Positions 1 through 10,850 of a stretch of DNA of 64,000 bases are shown here, piece after piece. Position numbers and translations under genes: made by a program. The DNA lies in NCBI GenBank assembly GCA_047606545.1, contig JASGEI010000014.1, forward strand, positions 18,043 to 82,042, in the 5' to 3' direction. The number at the start of each line of letters is the position of its first letter. Within the stretch, counting starts at the first letter, position 1. Origin of the DNA: Micrococcaceae bacterium (GTDB lineage Bacteria; Actinomycetota; Actinomycetes; Actinomycetales; Micrococcaceae). The notes under the pieces are model-generated. The model was not told the DNA's origin. It made no database searches and saw nothing but the letters and a program-made list of their open reading frames with translations.

Positions 1-1522
1 ATTTGCAATTGGTGGATTAATTCATTTCATTCCAAGTCCTAAAAATTGGAGAATTACAAATCAAATTACAGTATATGTTTCTTATGCAGTATTAATTTTC
101 TGCACGTTCTATCTAACTGAAAAAAACATTTTCCCAGGACCTTGGACTATTCCTCCAGTGGCAGCAACTGCACTGGTAATCCATCAGGGGTTAGCAAATC
201 CAAATCGCACTTTTGAAGGCTGGAGACCTTTCCAATATATGGGTGAAATATCATACCCGCTTTATCTGTGGCATTTGCCAGTGTTCTTGCTTTTGCCATT
301 CTATGGCTTTAAATTCATAACTGATGAAGAAAATGGATTGAGCTATATTGGAATGATTTTTGCGGTAGCTATTTCTATAGCACTTGCCCACTTGACTCAT
401 AAATATGTGGAAAAACCACTTCAAAAACGTCGTTTAGCTACTGCAATAAGACCCAGTTTCTCCGTAGCAACTTTACTGTTAGCAAGCACTTTTGTATTAG
501 CAATCTTCCATGCACAATTAGCAATCCAAGATACACGCTACAATGTTGGCACGGCAAGCTGGGCCAAAAATAATGCAAATTGTGAGTCAGGGCAACCTAT
601 GACCACGATTGAAGCAAACTGTCCACCAAAAGTTTTTCAGGCGCCTATAAAACCAGGAACTCCAGCTAGCATTCAAGATCCACTTAAAAAATATGGCTGT
701 GATTATAAAGCAGACGCTAAATCAATCCGTGGAAGCTGTAAATTCTCTGGCACTGACACCCACGACATCTTAATTACTGGAGATTCACATGCACTGCAAT
801 GGGCAGATGCCATTTTAGCTGTAGCGAAAGAGCATAAAGAGAACGTCGATGTCCAAATTACTTATGCGTGCCCATTTATCGATTTAACTAATCTTAATAC
901 TCACTTTTATGACGTAGAGAAACAAACATCTTATGACAACACTTCTGCATGTATAGCTGGGGACAAAGCTTCTATGACTTTCATAAAAACGAAGCGTCCA
1001 AAACAAATAATCATTTCAAATTTTTCCAGCAATGAGTTACTACTACCAAATACAGCTACCTCATCTACCGGCATGGCAGCAACTCCTATGGAACTTCAAA
1101 GAAGTAACCTAATCTATAATCAAAGAGTCCCACAACGTGCAACTAACCTTTTATTGTATGTAAAAAACGTGACTTATATTAAAGACCCCCCGATAAATTC
1201 AAATGCTGTTAGTAATCGGTGTTTAGATTTCAACATTAAACATCCAGAACGCTGTGTTTTTACTCCAAAGAACTTAAACTCTAATGATATCCAAACTACA
1301 ACAGTAGCTGGAACTGTGAATACTCCTGGAATAAGTGTAGTTGATTTTGATAGTTATATCTGCGGCAAGCAATGCCATGGCTCAGTTAATGGAGTACGCA
1401 CTTATTATGACAGTAATCATTTGAATATTGATTTTGTAGATACTTTCCAAAATCAAATTAAGAGTCAGCTTTTGATTGCGCTTAGACAACAGCCAAGTCC
1501 ATTACAAGCTAAAGCTCCATAA
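1..1522 (+). CDS. Acyltransferase-3 family O-acyltransferase with C-terminal SGNH/GDSL-like domain (OafA/YrhL-like); 5' end cut by window edge
   Basis: The frame of ORF 158..1522 stays open back to nt 2 (FAIGGLIHF...). The membrane part has ISYPLYLWHLPV and the tail has ITGDSHALQW (GDS block). Paralog of 31417..33615, with the same motifs in the same order. Confidence 0.7.
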   Translation, partial: FAIGGLIHFIPSPKNWRITNQITVYVSYAVLIFCTFYLTEKNIFPGPWTIPPVAATALVIHQGLANPNRTFEGWRPFQYMGEISYPLYLWHLPVFLLLPFYGFKFITDEENGLSYIGMIFAVAISIALAHLTHKYVEKPLQKRRLATAIRPSFSVATLLLASTFVLAIFHAQLAIQDTRYNVGTASWAKNNANCESGQPMTTIEANCPPKVFQAPIKPGTPASIQDPLKKYGCDYKADAKSIRGSCKFSGTDTHDILITGDSHALQWADAILAVAKEHKENVDVQITYACPFIDLTNLNTHFYDVEKQTSYDNTSACIAGDKASMTFIKTKRPKQIIISNFSSNELLLPNTATSSTGMAATPMELQRSNLIYNQRVPQRATNLLLYVKNVTYIKDPPINSNAVSNRCLDFNIKHPERCVFTPKNLNSNDIQTTTVAGTVNTPGISVVDFDSYICGKQCHGSVNGVRTYYDSNHLNIDFVDTFQNQIKSQLLIALRQQPSPLQAKAP

Positions 1523-1675
1523 ATTAAATAACATTATAATCTTGTTTAAAAGTAAAAATATTTATGGGATTCTTCCATAATTTATTAAACTATAAATAAA
1601 ACTGGTATAGTCTTATAGTAAAGTGTTCGTGTCGTTTAGCTAACGAGCAGTATTAATGATTGGGGTTATTTAATA

Positions 1676-3418
1676 ATGAGTTCAGAAAACAAAGGTTTTA
1701 GTCGTCGCACATTCCTTGGCGCAATGGGCATTGGAGCTGTTGGAGCTATCAGCTTTGGAACACTTCCTGCATATGCTGCTGACGGCTCTTGGGACACAGA
1801 GAATTCTACAGAGTCTACTACCAGCGACACTGATTTAACACTATATGGTTTTGGTGCAAACACAAAGTCTCAGATTCCTGCTGAGGATACAAGTAAATCG
1901 GTGTTGAAGCCTAATAAAATTACTTTTGATACTGATGCTAAACCACTTAAAACTGTGGCTACTAACGGCTCTCAAGTTATTGGCATTGACACTGATGGCA
2001 AACTAATCCAGTGGGGTTATAGCGACTACGCTAAGAAAGAGTATGATACTCCCGTAGAAATTACTGGTGGCGATGCACAGGATACTAAGTTTACTTCTGT
2101 AGCTGTTGGAGCACTTGCTGCAGTAGCCTTAGATGAAGATGGCAATCTATACGGCTGGGGCGATGCTAAAACAAACGGAACAGGTAGCAAACAAGCCAAC
2201 CCTACTAAAATCGCTATCAAAGATGCCGAAGATACTAAATTCAAGACAATTGCATCCGGTTCAAGTGTAGCTTTTGCAATTGATGAAGATGGCAATCTAT
2301 ACGGCTGGGGCGATGCTAAAACAAACGGAACAGGTAAGACTCAAACTGCACCTACTAAAATTGACACTTCTGCAAAATTCTCTGTAGTTGCAGCTGGACT
2401 AAATCACGTTATTGCCGCTGACACTGAAGGTAGCCTATATGGTTGGGGTGCTGGCAAGTATAACGGAACTGGTAAAGACAGTACTACCCCAGTTGCTGTT
2501 ACTAGTGGTTCAGATGGAGTTAAGATTACCCAAGTAGCTGCTGGTTCCACACACAGTGTAATCCTTGCTGATGATCAGTCGCTATATGCTTGGGGTGATG
2601 CTAATACTAATGGCACTAACGCAGCGCAAACGCAACCAACCCCAATTGTTTTAACTACTAAATTCAAAGCAATTACAGCTGGTAATGCACATACTCTAGC
2701 AATTGCAGAATCTGACGATTTATACGTATGGGGTCTTAATGGTCGCGGTCAGCTTGGTATGGGTGATGATAAACAAGATGATGTCAAAGAGCCTACGCTT
2801 AACCCTGTACTTTCAGGGACAGCTATCACAACTCTGATGCCAAATGCGCCAACTACTAACGTTAGCTTCGTTATTGAAGGCACAGATACACAAATTACTG
2901 ATTCTAACTTAGTATCTACAGATACTAGTGACACTACAGATGATACTAGTAGTAGTGATACTACAGATACTAGTAGTGATACTACAGAAGATACTACTAC
3001 TAGCGATAGCAGTGATGATACAACTACCAGTGATGATACTGAAGCAAGTGCATCTAGCGATAGCGTCGTAGATATCGCTAAGTCATATGTAGGTTTAAAG
3101 AACTATGGCTGGGGCGATACTCCAAGTCTGTGGAATTGTACTGGTTTCACTCACTATGTATACACAAAAGCTGGCATCGCACTTCCTTGGGGCTGGCCTG
3201 CAGATCAAGCAGAATGGGCTCTTGCAAATGGTGCTGAGAAAGTTAGTACTCCTGCTGCTGGCGACCTAGTGGTACAGGAAGACGGTGGTTCTGGACAAGC
3301 ACATGTTGGTATCTATGCTGAAGATGGTAATATGTATGCAGCAATTAATACAGAACTAGGTACAGGCATTCAACCAGTTTCTTGGGGTTCAGGTTCGGTA
3401 TACTACCGCTTCAAGTAA
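1676..3418 (+). CDS. Secreted RCC1-repeat (beta-propeller) protein fused to a C-terminal NlpC/P60 cell-wall hydrolase domain
   Basis: Tat-type signal SRRTFLGAMGIGAVGA...AYA. About 7 repeats of roughly 50 aa with LYGWG(D/A)xxxNGTG. D/T/S-rich linker. The C-terminus has NCTGFTHYVY...HVGIY, typical of NlpC/P60 Cys/His catalytic residues. Confidence 0.75.
   Translation: MSSENKGFSRRTFLGAMGIGAVGAISFGTLPAYAADGSWDTENSTESTTSDTDLTLYGFGANTKSQIPAEDTSKSVLKPNKITFDTDAKPLKTVATNGSQVIGIDTDGKLIQWGYSDYAKKEYDTPVEITGGDAQDTKFTSVAVGALAAVALDEDGNLYGWGDAKTNGTGSKQANPTKIAIKDAEDTKFKTIASGSSVAFAIDEDGNLYGWGDAKTNGTGKTQTAPTKIDTSAKFSVVAAGLNHVIAADTEGSLYGWGAGKYNGTGKDSTTPVAVTSGSDGVKITQVAAGSTHSVILADDQSLYAWGDANTNGTNAAQTQPTPIVLTTKFKAITAGNAHTLAIAESDDLYVWGLNGRGQLGMGDDKQDDVKEPTLNPVLSGTAITTLMPNAPTTNVSFVIEGTDTQITDSNLVSTDTSDTTDDTSSSDTTDTSSDTTEDTTTSDSSDDTTTSDDTEASASSDSVVDIAKSYVGLKNYGWGDTPSLWNCTGFTHYVYTKAGIALPWGWPADQAEWALANGAEKVSTPAAGDLVVQEDGGSGQAHVGIYAEDGNMYAAINTELGTGIQPVSWGSGSVYYRFK
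2132..2336 (+). repeat. Intragenic duplication: identical 55-bp segment at 2132-2186 and 2282-2336 (150-bp period, one RCC1 blade)
   Basis: gatgaagatggcaatctatacggctggggcgatgctaaaacaaacggaacaggta occurs twice without a mismatch. Confidence 0.9.
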
Positions 3419-3434
3419 AATAAATTTCTTTAAA

Positions 3435-3471
3435 TTAGGAACTTGCAATTTTGTGAGTTCCTAATTTTTTT
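3435..3471 (+). terminator. Rho-independent terminator after the RCC1/NlpC-P60 gene, possibly bidirectional with map
   Basis: Stem ttaggaact / agttcctaa (3435-3443 / 3456-3464) followed by T7. Confidence 0.7.
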
Positions 3472-3635
3472 GCACTTTTAAAAGAAGCTACCGTATCGTT
3501 GAGTAATCTAATTACGCTTAAGTATGATTAAAATACTCAAATACGCTACCTACATAAGATTCAGCAACTAGTTTTTGATAAATATTAGCTTGGCTTATTA
3601 AAATAATAGAATTATTCTTTTCTAACTTTAAATAA

Positions 3636-4445
3636 CTAAACAATAGGCACTGGAGTAACTCCAAATGGTTTTAGCTTCTCAGCACCACCGTCAGGAGCTG
3701 ATAATACCCAAATTCCATTGGCGTGTTTTGCAATGCTGTGTTCCCAGTGTGCTGCTCGTTTATTATCAGAAGTTACAATAGTCCAATCATCTTCTAATAC
3801 ATCTGTTTCAATATCACCATGAACAAACATCGGTTCAATTGCAATGCAAGTCCCAGCTTTAATCTTTGGTCCTCTAGACCTGCTTCGATAATTTAAAACA
3901 TCTGGCATCATATGCATCTGGGAGCCTATACCATGTCCAACAAAATCCTCAAGGATACCGTAACGTTCATTTACGAAATCATCAATTGCAGCACCAATTT
4001 CACCAATTCTACTTGCAGTAGCAAATTTAGCAATACCAACCCAGAGAGCTTCTTCAGTCACTTCTGATAGCTTACGATCTTCCCTGGATACATCTCCAAC
4101 TAAGACTGTACGCGCCGAATCAGAATGCCAACCATCTACAATGCAACCAGCGTCAATGGAAACTAAATCACCATCATTGATTATTCTATTACCTGGAATA
4201 CCATGTACAACTTCTTCGTTAACTGATACACATGCTGTTGCAGGAAAACCGTAGTAACCTTTAAAATTTGGTTTTGCATCAGCTTCTGCAATTATCCGTG
4301 CCACTTCAGCTTCTACATCTTTCGTACTGGCACCTGGCACTGCTGCTTTTACTGCAGCATCTAAAGCTGCCGCAGTAATTAAACCAGCTTCGCGCATTTT
4401 CAAGATTTGTGCGTTAGTTTTTAACTCAATACCTGAGTTACGCAT
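3636..4445 (-). CDS. map: Type I methionine aminopeptidase
   Basis: Full-length match to the MetAP pattern (VHGIP, D..SIDAG, HGIG, EPM). Sits after adk, as in the spc operon tail. Confidence 0.93.
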   Translation of the reverse strand: MRNSGIELKTNAQILKMREAGLITAAALDAAVKAAVPGASTKDVEAEVARIIAEADAKPNFKGYYGFPATACVSVNEEVVHGIPGNRIINDGDLVSIDAGCIVDGWHSDSARTVLVGDVSREDRKLSEVTEEALWVGIAKFATASRIGEIGAAIDDFVNERYGILEDFVGHGIGSQMHMMPDVLNYRSRSRGPKIKAGTCIAIEPMFVHGDIETDVLEDDWTIVTSDNKRAAHWEHSIAKHANGIWVLSAPDGGAEKLKPFGVTPVPIV

Positions 4446-5021
4446 CTAATTATTCAGCTCTACAATTGCAGCATTGATATTATCTGTAATTTTGTCAATG
4501 TTACCTACACCATTAACAGTCTTAACTAAACCACGTTTCTGGTATACGTCAATTAGTGGTGCAGTTTCTTTAGTATAAACTTGCTGACGGTGACGAATTA
4601 CCTCTTCGTTATCATCAGAACGACCAGAGTCTTTTGCACGGTTTAACATACGCTCAACTAGCTCATCTTCATCAGCAGTTAATTCAATAACACCATCTAA
4701 CTCTTGACCATTTGCTGCCAAAATCTTATCTAGTTCTTCAACTTGGGCTAGTGTACGCGGATAACCATCAAGTAAGAAACCATTTTCAACATCATCTTCA
4801 GCTAGCCGATCACGAACCATATTATTCGTTACTGAATCAGGAACATAATTACCAGCATCAATATATTGTTTAGCTTCCACTCCTAGTGGAGTTTCATCTT
4901 TAATATTTTGGCGGAAAATATCGCCTGTTGAGATAGTAACGATACCTTGCTTTTCAGCAATACGAGCCGCTTGTGTACCTTTACCCGAGCCTGGAGGGCC
5001 TACAATCAATAGTCTAGTCAC
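4446..5021 (-). CDS. adk: Adenylate kinase
   Basis: P-loop [15 protein letters not shown] place the start at GTG 5021 (VTRLLIVG). It overlaps the secY stop (gtgactag) and has a gaagga RBS 8 nt upstream. The ORF-track start at 5060 adds a non-homologous 13-aa extension. Confidence 0.9.
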   Translation of the reverse strand: MTRLLIVGPPGSGKGTQAARIAEKQGIVTISTGDIFRQNIKDETPLGVEAKQYIDAGNYVPDSVTNNMVRDRLAEDDVENGFLLDGYPRTLAQVEELDKILAANGQELDGVIELTADEDELVERMLNRAKDSGRSDDNEEVIRHRQQVYTKETAPLIDVYQKRGLVKTVNGVGNIDKITDNINAAIVELNN

Positions 5022-6330
5022 GTAATAGTCCTTCATAATTATGTTGTTGTAATTTAGCATTAAGTTGTTTCACAGTATCAAGCCCTACACCCACGATAAT
5101 CAACAGTGAAGCACCACCGAATGGGAATGATTGATTGGCACCAAAGAGAGCTAAAGCAACCATTGGAATCAGGGAGATAATGCCAATATAAATAGCACCT
5201 GGGGTAGTAATACGATTAATCACATAATGTAAGTATTCTGCAGTAGAGTTACCAGCACGCACTCCTGGGATAAAGCCACCATACTTCTTCATATTATCAG
5301 CTACTTCATCTGGGTTGAAAGTAATGCCAACATAGAAGAATGCGAAGAATACTACTAGGATGAAGTAAATTAGCATATAAACTGGGTCATCACCTGAAAC
5401 TAAATGTTTTTGAATCCAGTTAACCCAAGCAGGGGGATTAGAACCATCTGAAGGTGCAAAATATTGAGCAACCATTGTCGGCACCATCAAAATCGAAGAT
5501 GCAAAGATAATTGGAATTACTCCGGCCATATTTACTTTAATTGGAATATAAGTATTACTGCTACCCTCTACTGTACGAGTCCCAACCATACGCTTTGCAT
5601 ACTGTACTGGAACTCGGCGCTGAGACTGCTCTACGAATACTACCAGAGCTACAATTAATAATCCAACGGCGATGATAAGCGAAAATACGCCCCAACCATG
5701 CGAGACACGGATAGCACCTAATGAAGTAGGGAATGATGCTGCCACTGATGTAAAAATCAGAATTGACATACCATTGCCGATACCCTTTTCGGTAATCATC
5801 TCACCAAGCCACATAATCAGCGAAGTGCCAGCGGTTAAGGTAATTACCATTAATAGAATTGCTCCAAAACTTTGATCTGGAATTAAAGGTAATGAACATC
5901 CTTGAAGTAAATTACCACTACGAGCCAGAGTAATAATTGTGGTGCCATTCAGTATAGCCAACACAATAGTTAAGTATCTCGTGTATTGAGTTAATTTGGC
6001 ATTACCAGTTTGACCTTCTTGATACAAAGCCTCAAAGTGTGGAATCACCACACGTAACAACTGGACGATAATACTTGCAGTAATATACGGCATAATACCC
6101 AAAGCAAAAATCGAGAGCTGCAAAAGTGCTCCGCCCGAGAACATGTTAATCATGTCTTGGATACCACCTGAGTTAGAACTTTGCTTTAGACATTGCTGCA
6201 CATTAGTGTAGTTAACTCCTGGAGCTGGGATAAACGAGCCTAACCTGAATAATGTAATGACACCCAAAGTAAACAAAATCCTGTTCCTTAATTCTGGGGT
6301 GCGGAAAGCCCTATTCAGTGTTTCAAGCAT
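5014..6330 (-). CDS. secY: Preprotein translocase subunit SecY
   Basis: 438 aa, 10-TM pattern, conserved position between rplO and adk. Confidence 0.95.
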   Translation of the reverse strand: MLETLNRAFRTPELRNRILFTLGVITLFRLGSFIPAPGVNYTNVQQCLKQSSNSGGIQDMINMFSGGALLQLSIFALGIMPYITASIIVQLLRVVIPHFEALYQEGQTGNAKLTQYTRYLTIVLAILNGTTIITLARSGNLLQGCSLPLIPDQSFGAILLMVITLTAGTSLIMWLGEMITEKGIGNGMSILIFTSVAASFPTSLGAIRVSHGWGVFSLIIAVGLLIVALVVFVEQSQRRVPVQYAKRMVGTRTVEGSSNTYIPIKVNMAGVIPIIFASSILMVPTMVAQYFAPSDGSNPPAWVNWIQKHLVSGDDPVYMLIYFILVVFFAFFYVGITFNPDEVADNMKKYGGFIPGVRAGNSTAEYLHYVINRITTPGAIYIGIISLIPMVALALFGANQSFPFGGASLLIIVGVGLDTVKQLNAKLQQHNYEGLLRD

Positions 6331-6363
6331 TAATCCTCCGTTGCCTGTTTGTAACAGATACTA

Positions 6364-6397
6364 AGAAATCGTGGTGTAAAACTACACCACGATTTCT
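6364..6397 (-). other. Perfect 15-bp stem / 4-nt loop hairpin in the rplO-secY spacer
   Basis: agaaatcgtggtgta aaac tacaccacgatttct. No U-run follows on the transcribed strand. Confidence 0.6.
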
Positions 6398-6424
6398 AAT
6401 GTTACGCTAAATTTGCTTTAGTTA

Positions 6425-6886
6425 CTACTCAAGTTCAGTAGCTTTTCCACCTGCAGCTTCGATCTTCTTAGCTGCACTTGCAGAAAATGCATCTGCTTCT
6501 ACCTCAATAGCAACATCAATTGAGCCGTCGCCAAGAACTTTAACAAGAGAGTTCTTACGTACTGCGCCAGCTTCAACTAAATCATCAACTGTAACTTTTC
6601 CACCTTGAGGGAAAAGCTCAGCAAGAGTACCAACGTTTACAGCTTGGAATTCCAAACGTGCTGGGTTCTTGAAACCCTTTAGTTTTGGAAGACGCATCTG
6701 AAGTGGCACCTGACCACCTTCGAAACCTTGGCGTACCTGGTAACGAGCCTTAGTACCTTTAGTACCGCGACCAGCAGTTTTACCCTTAGAAGCCTCACCA
6801 CGACCAACGCGAGTCTTAGCTTTTTTGGCACCAGGAGCTGGCTTCAAATGATGAATTTTAAGAGTTTGTTCGTTGTTTTCAGTCAT
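6425..6886 (-). CDS. rplO: 50S ribosomal protein L15
   Basis: Sequence and operon position. Confidence 0.96.
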   Translation of the reverse strand: MTENNEQTLKIHHLKPAPGAKKAKTRVGRGEASKGKTAGRGTKGTKARYQVRQGFEGGQVPLQMRLPKLKGFKNPARLEFQAVNVGTLAELFPQGGKVTVDDLVEAGAVRKNSLVKVLGDGSIDVAIEVEADAFSASAAKKIEAAGGKATELE

Positions 6887-7068
6887 TATTCGCCTTCCTC
6901 AACTTTAACTAGGTGAGATACTTTGCGAATCATACCCAAAGTTACTGGGTCATCTTCACGAGTTACAGTATGACCAATACGTTTCAGACCTAGTGAACGT
7001 AGAGTATCACGCTGATTTTGCTTACCACCGATTTCAGATTTAACCTGAGTAATCTTAATTTCAGCCAT
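6886..7068 (-). CDS. rpmD: 50S ribosomal protein L30
   Basis: 60-aa [11 protein letters not shown]... The start at 7068 overlaps the rpsE stop (atggctga). The longer 104-aa ORF upstream part is non-homologous. Confidence 0.93.
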   Translation of the reverse strand: MAEIKITQVKSEIGGKQNQRDTLRSLGLKRIGHTVTREDDPVTLGMIRKVSHLVKVEEGE

Positions 7069-7765
7069 TAGCTTTCTCACCCTCTTCCATAGCACGAAGA
7101 AGTGGAGCAGGGGCAACTTCCTCGATAGGAAGATTACGACGTGCTGCAACTTCTTTTGCACCTTCAAGTTGCTTAAGAGCTGCGATAGTAGCTCGGACAA
7201 TATTAATCTGGTTTGAAGAACCTAGAGACTTAGAAAGTACATCATGGATGCCTGCACATTCAAGTACCGCACGTACTGGACCACCGGCGATTACACCAGT
7301 ACCAGGAGAAGCAGGACGAATCATAACTACACCAGCAGCTTTTTCACCTTGCACACGGTGTGGAATAGTACCCTGCACACGAGGCACAGTGAAGAAATTC
7401 TTCTTAGCTTCTTCTACACCTTTAGAGATTGCTGCAGGAACTTCTTTTGCTTTACCATAGCCAACGCCGACCTTACCGTCACCGTCACCAACAACTACCA
7501 AAGCAGTGAAGCTGAACCGACGTCCACCTTTACTTACCTTAGCTACACGGTTAATAGAAACAACTTTTTCAATGTATTGTTTCTCATCACGTGCATTGCG
7601 GTTGCCACGTCCACGACCTGAACCACGGCGGTTATTACGCTGTGACTTCTTTTCAGTAGTTTCAGTTTTATTCGCTGTAGTTTCTGCAGTAGCTTCTTTT
7701 GTGCTGTTTTCTACAGACTTATCAGCCACAGTTTTCTCCATTTCGTTTGTAGTCTTCTCACTCAT
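7061..7765 (-). CDS. rpsE: 30S ribosomal protein S5 with about 60-aa N-terminal low-complexity extension
   Basis: S5 core from [10 protein letters not shown] onward. The start is coupled to the rplR stop by an ATGA overlap. Confidence 0.95.
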   Translation of the reverse strand: MSEKTTNEMEKTVADKSVENSTKEATAETTANKTETTEKKSQRNNRRGSGRGRGNRNARDEKQYIEKVVSINRVAKVSKGGRRFSFTALVVVGDGDGKVGVGYGKAKEVPAAISKGVEEAKKNFFTVPRVQGTIPHRVQGEKAAGVVMIRPASPGTGVIAGGPVRAVLECAGIHDVLSKSLGSSNQINIVRATIAALKQLEGAKEVAARRNLPIEEVAPAPLLRAMEEGEKANG

Positions 7766-8133
7766 AGTGATAGACCTCCTTCACGAGCACCATCAGCAAC
7801 AGCTGCTACACGACCATGGTAACGATAACCACTACGATCGAATACTACAGCATCAATGCCAGCATCTTTAGCTCGTTCAGCAATTAGTTCGCCAACTTTT
7901 TTAGCTTGCTCAGTCTTAGTATCTTTACTGCCACGCAAGTCCTTTTCCATTGTTGAAACTGAGAATAAAGTCTTACCTTCAGAATCATCAACTAGCTGTG
8001 CAAAGATGTGACGAGAAGAGCGGTTAATTACTAGACGTGGGCGCTGTGCAGTACCTGTAACCTTCTTACGCACACGTAGGTGACGACGGCCACGGATAGC
8101 TTGTTTAGATTTACCTTTAATCTTAATTGCCAT
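7762..8133 (-). CDS. rplR: 50S ribosomal protein L18
   Basis: Sequence and operon position. Confidence 0.96.
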   Translation of the reverse strand: MAIKIKGKSKQAIRGRRHLRVRKKVTGTAQRPRLVINRSSRHIFAQLVDDSEGKTLFSVSTMEKDLRGSKDTKTEQAKKVGELIAERAKDAGIDAVVFDRSGYRYHGRVAAVADGAREGGLSL

Positions 8134-8138
8134 TAGTC

Positions 8139-8675
8139 TTAAGCACCTGCCTTTCCGACTTTACGACGGATATTCTCGCCAGCATAACGGATACCCTTAC
8201 CCTTGTATGGATCTGGTTTACGTAGTTTGCGAATATTCGCAGCAACTTCGCCGACCTTTTGCTTATCAATACCAGAAACAATGATTTTGTTCGGGCCGTC
8301 AATTGCAAGTTCGATACCATCAGTTGCTTTTACTGTAACTGGGTGTGATAGACCAAGTGAAAGCTCTAGGTCAGAGCCTTTAGCCTGAACACGATAACCA
8401 GTACCTACGATTTCAAGTTCTTTTTTATACCCTTCACTAACACCGGTAATTTGGTTAGCAATTAAGGTACGAGTAAGACCGTGCAATGCACGTGAATTAC
8501 GTTCATCATTTGGACGTTCTACTGTTAAAGTACCATCTTCCAGAGAAACTGTGATTGGTGCAGGAACTTCGTGAGTTAGTTCTCCCTTTGAACCTTTAAC
8601 TTTAACTGTTGAGCCATCAACTGTAATTTCCACTCCGCTAGGAACAGAAATAGGTGAATTACCAATACGAGACAT
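8139..8675 (-). CDS. rplF: 50S ribosomal protein L6
   Basis: [12 protein letters not shown]... and operon position. Confidence 0.97.
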   Translation of the reverse strand: MSRIGNSPISVPSGVEITVDGSTVKVKGSKGELTHEVPAPITVSLEDGTLTVERPNDERNSRALHGLTRTLIANQITGVSEGYKKELEIVGTGYRVQAKGSDLELSLGLSHPVTVKATDGIELAIDGPNKIIVSGIDKQKVGEVAANIRKLRKPDPYKGKGIRYAGENIRRKVGKAGA

Positions 8676-8696
8676 GGTTGTTATTTTCCTTTCCTG

Positions 8697-9095
8697 TTAC
8701 CAAACGTAAGCGAGAACTTCTCCGCCTACACCTTTTTTAGCTGCTTCACGGTCAGTTAATAGACCAGAAGAAGTGGATAGAATTGCAATACCTAGACCAC
8801 CCAGTACTTTAGGTAGGCTAGTAGACTTTGCATATACACGAAGACCAGGCTTAGAGATACGACGTAAACCTGCAATAGCACGTTCACGGTTATCTCCATA
8901 CTTAAGAGTCAAAGTCAAAGTACTTCCTACTTCTGCCTTTTCCTCTTTCCAATCAACAATGTAACCTTGAGTTTTTAGAATATCTGCAATGCGAGTCTTC
9001 AATTTACTTGAAGGCATTGACACTGTCTCATGATGAGCAGAGTTTGCGTTACGCAGACGCGTTAACATATCTGCTACTGGATCAGTCATTGACAT
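8697..9095 (-). CDS. rpsH: 30S ribosomal protein S8
   Basis: [13 protein letters not shown] motif and operon position. Confidence 0.97.
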   Translation of the reverse strand: MSMTDPVADMLTRLRNANSAHHETVSMPSSKLKTRIADILKTQGYIVDWKEEKAEVGSTLTLTLKYGDNRERAIAGLRRISKPGLRVYAKSTSLPKVLGGLGIAILSTSSGLLTDREAAKKGVGGEVLAYVW

Positions 9096-9167
9096 TTAAA
9101 GCTTACGCCTTTCTATTATGGTTTCTGCACCTGGTACACCAGATGCAGACCTGTAATAATCGTTTAA

Positions 9168-9812
9168 TTATTTCTCTTTGAATGGGAATTTGAACTGCTT
9201 TAGCAGTGCAAGTCCTTCTTCGTTATTTGTCGCAGTAGTCACCAAAGTGATATCCATACCGCGTGGACGGTCAATCTTATCTTGGTCAATTTCCAAGAAC
9301 ACACCTTGCTCAGTTAGACCAAATGTGTAGTTACCGTTACCGTCAAATTGCTTTGGGCTTAGCCCTCGGAAGTCACGGATACGTGGTAGTGCAAGAGTCA
9401 CTAGACGGTCAAAGAACTCCCACATACGGTCTCCACGTAATGTTACGTGAGCACCAATTGGCATACCTTCACGCAATTTGAATTGTGCAATTGACTTACG
9501 TGCTTTTGTAACCTGTGGTTTCTGGCCAGTAATGGCAGTTAGGTCACGCACAGCGTGGTCAATTTGTTTTGAATCTTTTGCTGCAGCTCCCACACCCATG
9601 TTCACCACAATCTTAGTAAGTAATGGAACTTGGTGTACGTTTTTGAAGTCAAATTCTTCCTGCAATGCTGGAATAACTTCTTCACGATACTTCTGCTTAA
9701 AACGTGGCAAGTCTTTTGCTTCCTGCTTTGTTTCTTCTACAGAATCTTGGGAAACCTCTTCAGCATTTGTAACATCTTCAGTCACTGTTGCCTCCTGGTT
9801 ATCTTTTGTCAT
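9168..9812 (-). CDS. rplE: 50S ribosomal protein L5 with about 33-aa acidic N-terminal extension
   Basis: L5 core from [11 protein letters not shown] onward. The start is coupled to the rplX stop (TAATG overlap at 9812). Confidence 0.95.
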   Translation of the reverse strand: MTKDNQEATVTEDVTNAEEVSQDSVEETKQEAKDLPRFKQKYREEVIPALQEEFDFKNVHQVPLLTKIVVNMGVGAAAKDSKQIDHAVRDLTAITGQKPQVTKARKSIAQFKLREGMPIGAHVTLRGDRMWEFFDRLVTLALPRIRDFRGLSPKQFDGNGNYTFGLTEQGVFLEIDQDKIDRPRGMDITLVTTATNNEEGLALLKQFKFPFKEK

Positions 9813-10138
9813 TAGTCAATATCCTTGCCAGTACTCTTAGCTACGCGAACACGAACAGTTTTACCCTCATCGTTTTTTTCTTCGCGGAAACCAACACGCG
9901 TTGGTTTGTTACTTTCAGGATCTACTAACATTACGTTTGAAATGTGGATTGGTGCTTCAGTTTCTTCAATGCCGCCGGCATTAGTCTGAGAAGCACGGTT
10001 ATGCTTAGTAACCACGTTTACGCCTTCTACAAGCACGCGATCTTTTTCAGTAATGACTTTTAGTACTTTACCTGTAGTACCTTTATCTTTACCTGCAATA
10101 ACCTGTACCACATCGTCTTTGCGGATTTTAGCTGCCAT
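9812..10138 (-). CDS. rplX: 50S ribosomal protein L24
   Basis: Sequence and operon position. Confidence 0.96.
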   Translation of the reverse strand: MAAKIRKDDVVQVIAGKDKGTTGKVLKVITEKDRVLVEGVNVVTKHNRASQTNAGGIEETEAPIHISNVMLVDPESNKPTRVGFREEKNDEGKTVRVRVAKSTGKDID

Positions 10139-10141
10139 TTA

Positions 10142-10513
10142 TTAGAGCACCTCCGGAGCCAGAGAAACAATCTTCATGAAACGCTTATCACGTAGTTCAC
10201 GACCGACTGGGCCGAAAATACGAGTACCACGAGGGTCTCCACCATCATTCTTAAGAATAACAGCAGCGTTTTCATCAAACTTGATGTATGAGCCGTCTTG
10301 ACGGCGGCGTTCTTTCTTTGTACGCACGATAACAGCTTTAACTACATCACCACGTTTTACGTTACCACCAGGGATAGCGTCTTTAACTGTAGCTACAATA
10401 GTATCGCCGATGCCTGCATAGCGTCGACCAGAGCCTCCAAGAACTCGGATAGCTAAAATTTCTTTAGCACCTGAGTTGTCAGCAACCTTTAGCCGCGATT
10501 CTTGCTGAATCAC
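10142..10513 (-). CDS. rplN: 50S ribosomal protein L14
   Basis: [17 protein letters not shown]... Confidence 0.98.
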   Translation of the reverse strand: MIQQESRLKVADNSGAKEILAIRVLGGSGRRYAGIGDTIVATVKDAIPGGNVKRGDVVKAVIVRTKKERRRQDGSYIKFDENAAVILKNDGGDPRGTRIFGPVGRELRDKRFMKIVSLAPEVL

Positions 10514-10568
10514 TTCTTACTCCTGTCTTTATCTTTGTATTGATGAACCAAAGATAAACTTTAAGTAT

Positions 10569-10850
10569 TTACTTCGCCTTTTCTAGGATTTCAACCAAAC
10601 GCCAGTTTTTAGTAGCTGACATTGGACGAGTTTCCATGATAAGCACCCGGTCACCGATACCAGCGATGCTCTCTTCGTCATGAGCTTTTACTTTTTTAGT
10701 ACGCTTCATAACTTTGCCATATAAAGAGTGCTTTACACGATCTTCTACCTCGACTACAACGGTTTTATCCATTTTGTCAGAAACTACGTAACCTTGACGT
10801 GTTTTACGGTAGCCGCGTGTTGTTTCTTTAGTTTCTTCTTTTACGCTCAC
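10569..10850 (-). CDS. rpsQ: 30S ribosomal protein S17
   Basis: GTG start overlapping the rpmC stop (GTGA). S17 core YGKV...AHDE. Confidence 0.96.
   Translation of the reverse strand: MSVKEETKETTRGYRKTRQGYVVSDKMDKTVVVEVEDRVKHSLYGKVMKRTKKVKAHDEESIAGIGDRVLIMETRPMSATKNWRLVEILEKAK

Noticed and set aside
1523-1675. Possible cyclic-di-AMP (ydaO-type) riboswitch upstream of the NlpC/P60 gene, as occurs before cell-wall hydrolase genes in Actinomycetota
   Set aside because: The interval is only about 150 nt and very AT-rich, with a single short hairpin (cgtttagctaacg). I could not find the conserved GC-rich ydaO core elements.
2920-3065. Imperfect gatact/agtagt repeats that could look like a repeat array
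   Set aside because: They are in frame within the RCC1/NlpC-P60 ORF and encode a D/T/S-rich linker. There is no spacer-repeat architecture, so this is not a CRISPR array or satellite.
6886-7200. Extended starts in the ORF track: 104-aa version of L30, the 5060 start of adk, 11137 start of L29, 47567 start of disA, 38803 start of aspC
   Set aside because: The extensions overlap the upstream gene or add residues absent from the conserved N-termini. Internal starts have coupling overlaps or an RBS (disA, adk) or match the conserved N-terminus (aspC), so shorter models are preferred.
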